From an uncultured Pseudomonadales bacterium (lineage in GTDB: Bacteria; Patescibacteriota; Microgenomatia; UBA1400; PJMF01): a stretch of 64,000 nt of DNA. Positions within the stretch are counted from its first letter, which is position 1, and each line of letters begins with the position of its first letter. A model generated the notes under the pieces. That model saw only the letters and a list, made by a program, of their open reading frames with translations, was not told the origin of the DNA and searched no databases. Of this stretch, positions 18,942-28,413 are shown in pieces. The stretch lies in the NCBI GenBank assembly GCA_964491115.1, contig CAZBEW010000001.1, positions 62,936-126,935 on the forward strand, in the 5' to 3' direction. A program made the position numbers and the translations under genes.

Positions 18942-20357
18942 ATGAGTCAAAATTTCTACATTAGTACCACTTTACCTTATGTTAATGCTCCACCTCATAT
19001 TGGTTTTGCTTTAGAAATCATAGAGGCCGATATCATAGCTCGCTACCATCGGGAAATTCTTCATCAGCAAGTTGTTTTTAATACTGGCACCGATGAGCAT
19101 GGGCAAAAAGTATCCGAGAAAGCCAGACTACTCAAGCTTGAACCCCAGGATTATTGTGATCAACAGGTGAAAAATTTCCAAAATTTAAAAAAAATCCTGA
19201 ATTTAACTAACACTAATTTTATTCGCACCACAGACCCAGCACATCAAAGGGCTGCCCAAGAATTTTGGCGTCGTTGTCAAGCTAATGACGATATTTACAA
19301 GGCTAAATACAAAATAAAATATTGCGTAGGTTGTGAATTGGCCAAAACTAATAGCGAACTAGTCGACAATCATTGCCCATTACATCCCCATTTAGAACTA
19401 GAAATTAGAGAAGAAGAAAATTATTTTTTTAGATTTAGTCGTTATCAAAAAGATTTATTAAAACTTTATGCTCAACAAAAAGATTTTGTGAAACCAGCCA
19501 GTAGATTTAAAGAAATTTTAACTTTTGTGAACGCTGGCTTAGAAGATTTTAGTATTTCACGATTAAAAAAGAATATGGACTGGGGTGTTCCAGTGCCCGA
19601 TGACGATGACCATGTCATGTATGTGTGGTTTGATGCTTTAGTCAATTATATTTCCACTCTTGATTGGCTAGAAAAAACAGAAAATTTTCAGCGCTTTTGG
19701 CCAGCGGTGCAAGTCGCAGGTAAAGATAATTTGCGCCAACAAGCAGCCATGTGGCAAGCAATGTTGCTATCAGCTGGTCTCACTAATTCTCGACAAATTT
19801 TAATTAATGGTTTTATCGGCGTTAATGGACAAAAAATGAGTAAGTCCTTGGGAAATGTCATTACACCAGAGGAAATGATTGAGCGTTATGGAACTGATGC
19901 CAGTCGCTATTTACTAATTAAATTAGGCACTTTTGCTGAGGATATGGACGTTAGTTGGCAAAAATTTGATACTAGCTACAATGCCTTTTTGGCTAACGGC
20001 TTGGGAAATCTTTGTTCACGTTTAGCAAAAATGGCAAATTTACAACAGTTAAGCATCGATTATCAAGCACAACTGCCTAAACAATTTATTGAATATATGA
20101 ATTGCTATGATCTCACCTCGGCACTTAATTTTCTTGATGAGGGTTTAAAGGAAATAGATCAATATTTGTCTCAGGAAAAACCTTGGTTAAAAAATGGCCA
20201 GGAAAATGAACAAATTTTAAGTCGTGCCATCCAAAATCTATTAGATATTAATCTTGGTTTATCAATTTTTATGCCAGAAACTGCTCAAACAATTGCTCAA
20301 AAATTTACCCAAAAAAGCATTGTGCCTTTTGCCGAAGGATTGTTTAAAAGAATATAA
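18942..20357 (+). CDS. metG: Methionyl-tRNA synthetase; short form without the C-terminal tRNA-binding domain
   Basis: HIGH region PYVNAPPHIGFA and a KMSKSLGN motif. Confidence 0.85.
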   Translation: MSQNFYISTTLPYVNAPPHIGFALEIIEADIIARYHREILHQQVVFNTGTDEHGQKVSEKARLLKLEPQDYCDQQVKNFQNLKKILNLTNTNFIRTTDPAHQRAAQEFWRRCQANDDIYKAKYKIKYCVGCELAKTNSELVDNHCPLHPHLELEIREEENYFFRFSRYQKDLLKLYAQQKDFVKPASRFKEILTFVNAGLEDFSISRLKKNMDWGVPVPDDDDHVMYVWFDALVNYISTLDWLEKTENFQRFWPAVQVAGKDNLRQQAAMWQAMLLSAGLTNSRQILINGFIGVNGQKMSKSLGNVITPEEMIERYGTDASRYLLIKLGTFAEDMDVSWQKFDTSYNAFLANGLGNLCSRLAKMANLQQLSIDYQAQLPKQFIEYMNCYDLTSALNFLDEGLKEIDQYLSQEKPWLKNGQENEQILSRAIQNLLDINLGLSIFMPETAQTIAQKFTQKSIVPFAEGLFKRI

Positions 20358-20370
20358 TTTTGAAGAGCTT

Positions 20371-21243
20371 ATGCCAATTTTTGATACACACTGTCACTAC
20401 AATCTCGAACCTTTATATAGCGGACAAGCTCTGAATTTCAAAATCGATGATCAGGATCCAATTTTACAAAAAACTTGGCAAGACCACTGGCTCGAAGCCC
20501 AGCGACAAGGCATTAAAAAATCCCTAATACCTGGAGCTGGTTTAAGAAGTAGTCAGTTAGCTGTTGAAATTGCTAAAACTGATGCCAGTTTATATGCCAG
20601 TGTCGCCATTCATCCACTCCGAGCTGCTAAAATCGACCTAAGCACTGCTCTCGAAAGCATCAAAGAATTAAGTCAGGATGATGCTGTCATTGCCATTGGT
20701 GAAGCTGGTTTAGATTTTTTTCATTTTGACAAAGCAGCTGATTCATCAAGCATTAAACAAGAGAAACAAAAGCAAGAAGCACTATTTATCGCGCAAATCC
20801 AACTAGCTGTAGAAAATGATCTAACTTTAATTATCCACAGTCGAGATCAGGGTGAAGAAGCTTATTGGCGAATTTTAGAAATTTTAGAGGAACATTGGCC
20901 AGCCAAACAAAATGTTATCTTTCATTGTCTCTCTGGTCCCCTCGCTTACATTAAAAAAGCAATGCAAATTGATCACAGTTATTTTGGTTTTGACGGCAAT
21001 TTAACTTTTAAAAATGCTCAATATTTGCAAGAAATATTTCAGCTCTTTCAAAAACAAGCTCCAGAAAAAATTTTGTTAGAAACCGATGCTCCTTACTTGG
21101 CACCTGTGCCATTTCGAGGGCAAATTTGTCAACCAGCGATGATTGCTGAGTTGGCTAATTTTGTTAAAAATAATTTTCAAGCAAATTTAGAATTAATTTT
21201 TCAAAATTCTTTAAGAGCTTTTAATTTAGAAAGTGATGAATAA
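20371..21243 (+). CDS. TatD-family metal-dependent hydrolase/DNase
   Basis: Real start at MPIFDTHCHYN (ATG 20371). The longer track ORF overlaps metG. TatD-like His/Asp/Glu blocks are present. Confidence 0.8.
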   Translation: MPIFDTHCHYNLEPLYSGQALNFKIDDQDPILQKTWQDHWLEAQRQGIKKSLIPGAGLRSSQLAVEIAKTDASLYASVAIHPLRAAKIDLSTALESIKELSQDDAVIAIGEAGLDFFHFDKAADSSSIKQEKQKQEALFIAQIQLAVENDLTLIIHSRDQGEEAYWRILEILEEHWPAKQNVIFHCLSGPLAYIKKAMQIDHSYFGFDGNLTFKNAQYLQEIFQLFQKQAPEKILLETDAPYLAPVPFRGQICQPAMIAELANFVKNNFQANLELIFQNSLRAFNLESDE

Positions 21244-21246
21244 TCC

Positions 21247-22767
21247 ATGATTAAAGAATATTTTCAACGCCATCCAATCCGCACTAAGAGAGCTTTAGAA
21301 ATTTTACCAGGATTAGTTTCTTGGTCTTTAATATTGTTCCCAATTTGGGGGTCGTTTCTTGTGCCCAAGTTTGTGGCTTATTACGTCATTGTTTTTGCCG
21401 TTTATTGGCTTTATCGTTCAGTTAATTTAGCAATATTTGCTGGTATCGCTCAAAAAAAAGTACAAAAAAACTCTAAAAATGATATTTTGCCCACATTAAA
21501 AAAACAATTTCCCAAGCGCTGGCAAGAAATTCATCATGTAGTTATTATTCCCACTTTCCAAGAGCCACTGGAAACACTGGAAAAGACCATCACCGGACTA
21601 AGCAAACAAACTTATCCAAGAAAGAACATCCATATTATGCTTTCTTTTGAAGAAAGAGAGGGTAAAGAAGCTGATCAAAAAGCAGCCTTGCTCCAAAAAA
21701 AGTTTGGCAAAACTTTTGGCCACCTCTGGTCTACCAAGCATCCTGATATTGATGGAGAAATTAAAGGCAAATCTTCGAACACTGCTTGGGGAGCTAAAAA
21801 AGCTAAGCAATTATTAGTTGATCAAGACGGTATCAAAATTGAAAATTGTACTATTACCAGTGAAGATGCTGATGCGGTTTTACATCCTTTTTATTTTTCT
21901 TACCTCACCTATAGCTTTTTAACAGATCCAAAACCGCACAATAAGAGCTGGCAAGCCGCCATTTCTTTTTATAATAATATTTGGCAAGTGCCCGCTCCGA
22001 TTCGCGTGTTAGCTGCCACTCAATCTGTTGCTCAAATTCATATCTTAGCTAGCCGCGATCGTTTAATAAATTTTTCTACCTATTCAGTTTCTCTTAAACA
22101 TGTTGATGAGATTGGCTATTGGGATACTGATGTGATCCCAGAAGACTATCGCTTATTTTTTAAATCTTATTTTGCCAAGCAGGGTGATTTTGACGTTGAA
22201 CCAATTTTCTTGCCAATTTATGCTGACGCAGCTCAATCAACTGGCTTTTGGGCAACCATGCTCAATCAATATGAACAAATGAAGCGTTGGGCTTGGGGAG
22301 TCAGTGACGACCAATATATTATTCGCCATTATGTTTTAGACAATAAAATACCCTTCATTGATAAAACTTTGCGAGTCATGAAAGTCATTGAAGATCATTT
22401 TTTATGGCCAGTTAATTGGTTTGCTATCACTGTATCGGCGATGATGCCTCCTTTGCTCAATGACCAATTCAGTCGAACAATTATTGGCAAAACTCTACCT
22501 CAGGTGTCTTCAACCCTACTCACTTTATCCATGGTTTCTATGTTATCTATGTTTTTTATTGATGCTAAAAATAGACCCCCCCGACCAAAGAAAAACTTTT
22601 GGTCCTATCTTGCGCAACCTCTAGAATTTCTATTGATTCCTGTAGTTGGTTTCTTTTTCGGCGCATTGCCTGGTATAGATGCTCACACCCGTTTAATGTT
22701 TGGTAAATATTTAGAATACCGAGTGACTGAAAAAGTCGCTAACCCAACTCAAGAGAATAAGCAGTAA
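21247..22767 (+). CDS. Membrane-embedded processive family-2 glycosyltransferase (cellulose/chitin-synthase-like)
   Basis: N-terminal TMs, a GT-A core with D,D motifs (SEDAD) and the Q-x-x-R-W signature (QMKRWAWG), followed by C-terminal TMs. Confidence 0.7.
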   Translation: MIKEYFQRHPIRTKRALEILPGLVSWSLILFPIWGSFLVPKFVAYYVIVFAVYWLYRSVNLAIFAGIAQKKVQKNSKNDILPTLKKQFPKRWQEIHHVVIIPTFQEPLETLEKTITGLSKQTYPRKNIHIMLSFEEREGKEADQKAALLQKKFGKTFGHLWSTKHPDIDGEIKGKSSNTAWGAKKAKQLLVDQDGIKIENCTITSEDADAVLHPFYFSYLTYSFLTDPKPHNKSWQAAISFYNNIWQVPAPIRVLAATQSVAQIHILASRDRLINFSTYSVSLKHVDEIGYWDTDVIPEDYRLFFKSYFAKQGDFDVEPIFLPIYADAAQSTGFWATMLNQYEQMKRWAWGVSDDQYIIRHYVLDNKIPFIDKTLRVMKVIEDHFLWPVNWFAITVSAMMPPLLNDQFSRTIIGKTLPQVSSTLLTLSMVSMLSMFFIDAKNRPPRPKKNFWSYLAQPLEFLLIPVVGFFFGALPGIDAHTRLMFGKYLEYRVTEKVANPTQENKQ

Positions 22768-22802
22768 ATGCCTCTTGCGCTCTTGATGTTTTTCCAGATA
22801 AA

Positions 22803-24398
22803 ATGAAGTATATGTCAATTCTTAAAGTTTTAAAAAAAATCGATGTTTTTCTAGACAAACATACCGCACTATTCCTCAATTTATTTTTACTAGTTGTGCT
22901 GAGAATTCCCAATTTTTTTGAACCCTATTGGTATGGCGATGAAGCCATTTATTTAAGTGTTGGTAACGCCCTCAATCAGGGTGGCAAGCTTTATACGACC
23001 ATTATTGATCATAAAACACCACTTATTTATCAATTTGCTAGAGTGCCTAATCAGTTTTATTTTCGACTTTTAAACTTAGGCTGGATGTTGGTGGCAACCA
23101 CTTTTTTCTACTTATTTGCCAAAAAATTATTTAAAAAAGAGCTGCCAAGCTTCTTTGCCACCCTAATTATGGTCTTACTCACCTCTTTACCTTGGTTGGA
23201 GGGAAATATTCCTAATGGAGAACTGTTTGTCTTGGGTTTTGTTATTGTTGGCGCTTTTTTGTTTAGTAAAACTCAGGTCTGGAAAAACTTTTTCACTAAG
23301 CAAATTGAATACCCCAAAAAAAGCATCAAAGAAAGCTTATTACTCTTTTTTGCTGGGTCTTTATTTTCCTTGGGTATCTTAACTAAAGTTCCAGCGCTCT
23401 TAGATTTAGTGCCTTTTTTAGCCATCTTTGGCTTATTACTTTTTGAAGAAATAATCAAAGTCAACAATAAATTTAAAGACTGGAAGAAAATTTTTCAACA
23501 CTTATTGTGGAGGGCTTTGATCTTTGCAGCAGGAGTAGCGCTACCAATCTTAATTTCAATAATTTACTATCAGCTAATTGGCTCTGGAAAAGATTATTTA
23601 GATTATGGCTTGCTTTACAATTTGCGCTACAGTCAATCTTGGCAACTAGATTTTAATTCAGCCTTCGTTAATTTTTCTTTTTCCTTAATTGGCAAAACAC
23701 TGTATTTCTTTTCATTTTTAATCTTGATAGCACTCAATACCAAAGAACTAAGTAAACGCTTTCAGTTTTTAAGTATTTGGTTTGTTGCCACCCTTTATGC
23801 CACTTTGTTGTCTAATCGCCCCTATCCACATTATTTTATTCAAATGATGGCCCCACTTTCCTTACTAATCGTGGAATTGGTTAGTCAATTAAGTAAAAAA
23901 GGCCAAGCGATTAAAAAGAATTATAAAAGCATCTCTACCGGTTTTGCTCTCATCGCCTTAAGCATTTTTGTGATGCTGAGCCTAGGTTTTAAACCTTATC
24001 CGGTCGCTCAATACTATAGGCAATTTTGGCAGATGCTCAGTGGTAAAATTACTAAACAAGAATATGACTTTTCATTTAATAATTTAATGGAAGATAACCA
24101 AAAAATCACCACTTTAATTGATGAATTGGGTTTAGAAAAAATCTTTATTTGGGGCAACAATGCGATGCTCTACGCTCAAAGTAAAACTGTGCCAACCTCA
24201 AGATTTACTGTCGCTTTTCATATTAAAGATTTTGATGATTACGAACGGACTTTGGATCAGGTTAAAGCTGAGGAGCCAAAATTAATCGTAGTGATGAAAC
24301 AAGATCAAGATTCTTTTCCTCAACTCAATTTGTATCTGAAAGAAAACTATTTGGTTAATTCTCAATTTGACCACATGAATCTTTATCTTAAAAAATAA
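22803..24398 (+). CDS. GT-C fold membrane glycosyltransferase (ArnT/PMT, GT39/83-like)
   Basis: 531 aa with more than 10 TM helices. The first extracytoplasmic loop carries YWYGDEAIY (DE motif). Confidence 0.6.
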   Translation: MKYMSILKVLKKIDVFLDKHTALFLNLFLLVVLRIPNFFEPYWYGDEAIYLSVGNALNQGGKLYTTIIDHKTPLIYQFARVPNQFYFRLLNLGWMLVATTFFYLFAKKLFKKELPSFFATLIMVLLTSLPWLEGNIPNGELFVLGFVIVGAFLFSKTQVWKNFFTKQIEYPKKSIKESLLLFFAGSLFSLGILTKVPALLDLVPFLAIFGLLLFEEIIKVNNKFKDWKKIFQHLLWRALIFAAGVALPILISIIYYQLIGSGKDYLDYGLLYNLRYSQSWQLDFNSAFVNFSFSLIGKTLYFFSFLILIALNTKELSKRFQFLSIWFVATLYATLLSNRPYPHYFIQMMAPLSLLIVELVSQLSKKGQAIKKNYKSISTGFALIALSIFVMLSLGFKPYPVAQYYRQFWQMLSGKITKQEYDFSFNNLMEDNQKITTLIDELGLEKIFIWGNNAMLYAQSKTVPTSRFTVAFHIKDFDDYERTLDQVKAEEPKLIVVMKQDQDSFPQLNLYLKENYLVNSQFDHMNLYLKK

Positions 24399-24431
24399 TA
24401 ATTTTTTTAATATTTAGTTTATAATGGGCTT

Positions 24432-24815
24432 ATGGATGCTAGTTTTATTGATTCATCTAGACGAAAAAAAGAGTTTAAATATCTAACTTTTTTACCAAAA
24501 AAATTACGTCAGATTGCGCTGGTAATGCTGGTGCTAAACGCTTTGAGCATCATCATCGTCTTAATCTTTTTTTCCTCTTTACAAAAGGAAATTCCCTTAT
24601 TTTATTCCCTGCCAGAGTTACAACAATTAAGCAAAAAAGAAACAATTTTTATCTTGCCAGGACTAGCTTCGATCATTACAGCCGCTCATTTTTTAATAGT
24701 CAAACATTTTAAAGATGCCCACCCAACAATTCTGCATGTTTTTTTGTTAAGCAGTCTGGCTCTCCAAATATTAATTTTAGCCATTATATTAAGATTGCTT
24801 ATTATTTTGCATTAA
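24432..24815 (+). CDS. Small membrane protein of 127 aa
   Basis: Three to four hydrophobic helices. It sits between the GT-C and WecA-like genes. Confidence 0.4.
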   Translation: MDASFIDSSRRKKEFKYLTFLPKKLRQIALVMLVLNALSIIIVLIFFSSLQKEIPLFYSLPELQQLSKKETIFILPGLASIITAAHFLIVKHFKDAHPTILHVFLLSSLALQILILAIILRLLIILH

Positions 24816-24818
24816 ACT

Positions 24819-25865
24819 ATGTGGTCATTAATTATTAGTTTTATTATCAGTCTTAGTATTACTCCACTCATTATTAAGTTATATAAAAAACACAACTGGC
24901 TTGATGATCCAGCAAAAAATCATCATGCCAAAGTTACTCATTCCAAAAGCGTCCCCAGAGGAGGTGGCTTAGTTATTTTTTTGGCTGTGCTAATTACTTC
25001 AATTTTTTTTCTCAAATTTGATCGCTATTTAATTGCTATTTTCTTGGGAAGCATTGTCCTCAGTGTTGTGGGGGTTCTTGATGATATTTATGATCTTAGT
25101 CCATATTGGCGCTTGCTAAGTGGCTTGTTGGCCTCCCTAATTGTGGTTGGAGCGGGTATTGGCATCGCCTATGTGAGTAATCCTCTAGGCCCAGGGGTAA
25201 TTCACCTAGATCAACCTCAATTACAATTTTATTTATTTGGTGAACAGAGAAGTATCTGGATCCTGTCTAGTCTCTTTGCAGTCTTTTTTATTATGTGGAA
25301 TATGAATATTATTAATTGGTCAAAAGGTGTTGATGGGCAATTGCCTGGATTTGTAACAGTCGCCTGTCTCTTTATCGCTGTTTTAGCTAATAGTTTTCAT
25401 GATGCGCCCAGTCAATTTAATGTTGCTCATTTAGCTTTAATTGTCGCTGGAGCTTATGCTGGCTTATTTTGTTGGAATTTTTATCCACAAAAAATTATGC
25501 CTGGATATGGCGGTGGCTCTTTAGCTGGATATTTTTTAAGTGTCTTGGCAATATTGTCAGGAGCCAAAGTTGCTACCACTCTCATGGTTTTAGCTATTCC
25601 CACTGCCGATGGGGTTTTCTCTATTTTAAGAAGAATTCTGGCTGGAAAATCACCCTTTTGGGGCGATCGTGGTCACTTACATCATAAATTAATTGATAAT
25701 TTTGGTTGGGGTAAAAGGCGAATTAGTATTTTTTATATTTTTACTAGTTTTGTCCTAGGTTTTCTATCATTATTTTTAGATACAAATGGTAAAATTATTT
25801 CAATTATTATTGTCAGCTTATTTGTTTTTGCTTTTTTGATTTATAATAAGTTAAAGAAATCATGA
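24819..25865 (+). CDS. Polyprenyl-phosphate sugar-1-phosphate transferase (WecA/TagO/MraY family, GT4)
   Basis: Motifs VPRGGGL and GxLDD. About 10 TM helices. Confidence 0.8.
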   Translation: MWSLIISFIISLSITPLIIKLYKKHNWLDDPAKNHHAKVTHSKSVPRGGGLVIFLAVLITSIFFLKFDRYLIAIFLGSIVLSVVGVLDDIYDLSPYWRLLSGLLASLIVVGAGIGIAYVSNPLGPGVIHLDQPQLQFYLFGEQRSIWILSSLFAVFFIMWNMNIINWSKGVDGQLPGFVTVACLFIAVLANSFHDAPSQFNVAHLALIVAGAYAGLFCWNFYPQKIMPGYGGGSLAGYFLSVLAILSGAKVATTLMVLAIPTADGVFSILRRILAGKSPFWGDRGHLHHKLIDNFGWGKRRISIFYIFTSFVLGFLSLFLDTNGKIISIIIVSLFVFAFLIYNKLKKS

Positions 25866-26824
25866 AAAACATTGCTAATCAGCTTTTTTTGTTGATTAAA
25901 ACTGCCCGCCCAAAACAATGGATAAAGAATTTAGCTATTTACGCCTCTTTAATTTTTTCTGGATTTTTCTTTTTCAAACCTGTTGACGGTTATCCCTATT
26001 TTTATTCGGTGACTTACGCTTTCATCATTTTTTGTTTATTAACCAGTAGTACTTACATCATGAACGACCTGATTGATATTAAAGCTGATCGCAAACATCC
26101 CTTCAAAAAATACCGACCACTTGCCTCTGGAAAACTGTCAATTCCTGTGGCTATTTTTACCATTATCCTGTGTTTAGCTCTGGTTGTTTGGCTAAGTTGG
26201 CCTTTGCCTCTCGTGTTTAAACTTTTAATTTTTACTTACCTAATTCTGCAAATATTTTATTCACTCTACCTCAAACAAATTGCGATTTTAGACATTATTT
26301 CTATTGCCGGTGGTTTCCTAATTCGAGTCTATGCTGGAGCGGTGGTGGTCAATCTGCACATGAGCGTCTGGTTTTTATTAACCGTCATTTCCATGTCCTT
26401 ATTTATGGCTGTTGGTAAGAGACAAAGCGAACGCACCTTGATGACTGAACACAAGTTATCTTTTGTCAGAAAAAGTTTAGACACTTATAGCACGCGCCTT
26501 TTAGACCAATACACCAGTATTTTTGCTACCTCAACTTGGATCACCTATGCTCTCTTTGCTTTTCAAAATTCTCCCGGAGATGGTTTAAATTTGCTTTACG
26601 AACACTTCCCCAACTTGGCCATTGATTTGCCTCGCACCTTACAATCACAAAAACTACTCATGCTCACTCTCCCTTTTGTCATTTTTGGCATCATGCGCTA
26701 TTTACAGTTAGTCTATGAAGAAAATCGCGGTGAAGCTCCGGTGGATGTCTTACTCAAGGATAAAACTTTGTTAAGCACAGTTTTCCTGTGGTTTCTTGGG
26801 GTGATGTTTGTAATATACGCTTAA
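25862..26824 (+). CDS. UbiA-family prenyltransferase; decaprenyl-phosphate phosphoribosyltransferase-like
   Basis: NDLIDIKADRKHPFKKYRPLASG matches the DPPR-synthase (Rv3806c-type) NDxxDxxxDRxH signature. Polytopic protein. Confidence 0.65.
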   Translation: MKNIANQLFLLIKTARPKQWIKNLAIYASLIFSGFFFFKPVDGYPYFYSVTYAFIIFCLLTSSTYIMNDLIDIKADRKHPFKKYRPLASGKLSIPVAIFTIILCLALVVWLSWPLPLVFKLLIFTYLILQIFYSLYLKQIAILDIISIAGGFLIRVYAGAVVVNLHMSVWFLLTVISMSLFMAVGKRQSERTLMTEHKLSFVRKSLDTYSTRLLDQYTSIFATSTWITYALFAFQNSPGDGLNLLYEHFPNLAIDLPRTLQSQKLLMLTLPFVIFGIMRYLQLVYEENRGEAPVDVLLKDKTLLSTVFLWFLGVMFVIYA

Positions 26825-27399
26825 GCAAGATTCTCATTAATAAAGTTGATCAACAGGTCTATTGGCAAACCATGAGTAAAGGCAGTCAAATTACCTCGTG
26901 ACCAAGCTAATAAGGCCATTCCAGCGTCATAGGCAGGGCAAAAAGCAGCAGACCAGCTTAAAACTGGCTGATGAGCTAAATAATGCTCAATTTCAGCTGA
27001 AGATAGTTGACGAAAACGTGCTCTTGTTAAAACACTAGCATTTTTCACAATCTGCCCCTGAGGACTTTGATAAATAAAAGCATAACCAGTAATTGCTTGA
27101 ATTTGCCGATTATTTTGCAATTCTAGCATTTCTCTAGCTTGAGCTTTAGTTTTTGGCTTTTCTAAAATTTTTCCTTGACAGACACAAAAGGTGTCTGCAG
27201 CCACAATAATTGCCTCACCCTTGATTGTCTTGGCTACTTCTAAAGCTTTGGCTAAAGCAATTTTTTGAGCCTTCTGGCGTTGATTTTTGAAACTTATGCT
27301 TGATTCATCAATATTAGCTGGGATAATTTTAAAGGAATAAGGCAAAGTTGCCAAAAGCTTGGCCCGCTGTGGCGATTGAGATGCTAAAATGAATTGCAT
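26821..27399 (-). CDS. maf: Maf-like nucleoside-triphosphate pyrophosphatase
   Basis: Real start MQFILASQSPQRAKLL (ATG 27399). The track ORF extends further and overlaps galU. Confidence 0.8.
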   Translation of the reverse strand: MQFILASQSPQRAKLLATLPYSFKIIPANIDESSISFKNQRQKAQKIALAKALEVAKTIKGEAIIVAADTFCVCQGKILEKPKTKAQAREMLELQNNRQIQAITGYAFIYQSPQGQIVKNASVLTRARFRQLSSAEIEHYLAHQPVLSWSAAFCPAYDAGMALLAWSRGNLTAFTHGLPIDLLINFINENLA

Positions 27400-27439
27400 A
27401 AACTTAACAAGTATACAAAAATATGTTACAAAGAAAAAT

Positions 27440-28315
27440 ATGAAAATTACTAAAGCACTTATTACATCGGCAGGCTTTGGCACCAGATTTTTGCCAATCA
27501 GTAAAACCATTCAAAAAGAAATGCTGCCAATCCTCGATCGACCGCTAATTGATTATGTCGTTGAAGATTGTGTCAAAGCTAACATTACCGACATTATTTT
27601 CGTCGTGAACGAACACAATTATCAGGTGCTTCATTATTATCGAGAAAATGAAAGATTACATCAATATTTAAAGAAAAATAATAAATTAGCACTTTATGAT
27701 CACATTAAAAATATCCATCAGCAAGCTAATTTTCATTTTGTAAAACAAAGTGATGAGGATGACTATGGCACCGCTGTTCCAGTTAGATTAGCTAAAGAAT
27801 ATCTAAAAGATGAAGAAGCTTTTTTAGTCCTCATGGGCGATGATTTTATTTATAACCACGGTCAAGGCAGTGAAGTTGGCGCAATGATCGATACTTTTAA
27901 CAAATCTGGAGCTAAGGGCTTGGTCACTTGCATAGAAAAACCAGATGAATTGCTCCAGCGCTATGGAGTTGCCGCTTTCAACAAAGAAAGCGACTTTCTT
28001 TATCTAAAAGCCTTGGTTGAAAAACCTCAGCCAGGCACAGCTCCATCAAACTTGGCAAATATTAGTAAATATATCTTTCCTCAAAGCGTTTTTGATCTCA
28101 TTGATGTGCAACAGCCCAATCCTCAATCTGGTGAACTTTATATTACCGATACCATCAGTCAATTAGCCTTGACCGATAAAGTGGTCATTCATCAGCCGAG
28201 TGGTGAATATTTAGATGGAGGTTATCCCCTGGGCTGGTTATTGGCCAATTTAACCCTGGCTAAAGATCGTCCTGAAATTTGGCAGGAAGTTCAAAAATTC
28301 GTCGAACAAAAATAA
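27440..28315 (+). CDS. galU: UTP-glucose-1-phosphate uridylyltransferase
   Basis: Start MKITKALITSAGFGTRFLPISKTIQKEMLPILDRPLIDYVVEDC (ATG 27440). Classic GalU N-terminus. Confidence 0.85.
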   Translation: MKITKALITSAGFGTRFLPISKTIQKEMLPILDRPLIDYVVEDCVKANITDIIFVVNEHNYQVLHYYRENERLHQYLKKNNKLALYDHIKNIHQQANFHFVKQSDEDDYGTAVPVRLAKEYLKDEEAFLVLMGDDFIYNHGQGSEVGAMIDTFNKSGAKGLVTCIEKPDELLQRYGVAAFNKESDFLYLKALVEKPQPGTAPSNLANISKYIFPQSVFDLIDVQQPNPQSGELYITDTISQLALTDKVVIHQPSGEYLDGGYPLGWLLANLTLAKDRPEIWQEVQKFVEQK

Positions 28316-28336
28316 GCAGTGCCAGTAATTCCTGGC

Positions 28337-28386
28337 AATTTCACACAATTTCACACAATTTCACACGGTTTCACGAAATTTCACGC
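28337..28386. repeat. Five-unit tandem array of a 10-bp repeat (AATTTCACAC)
   Basis: Units at 28337, 28347, 28357, 28367 (GGTTTCACGA) and 28377 (AATTTCACGC). It lies in the convergent galU/trxB intergenic region, after a small GCCAG/CTGGC hairpin. Confidence 0.65.
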
Positions 28387-28413
28387 AGTTTTAAGCATCT
28401 CTGAAACTAATTG

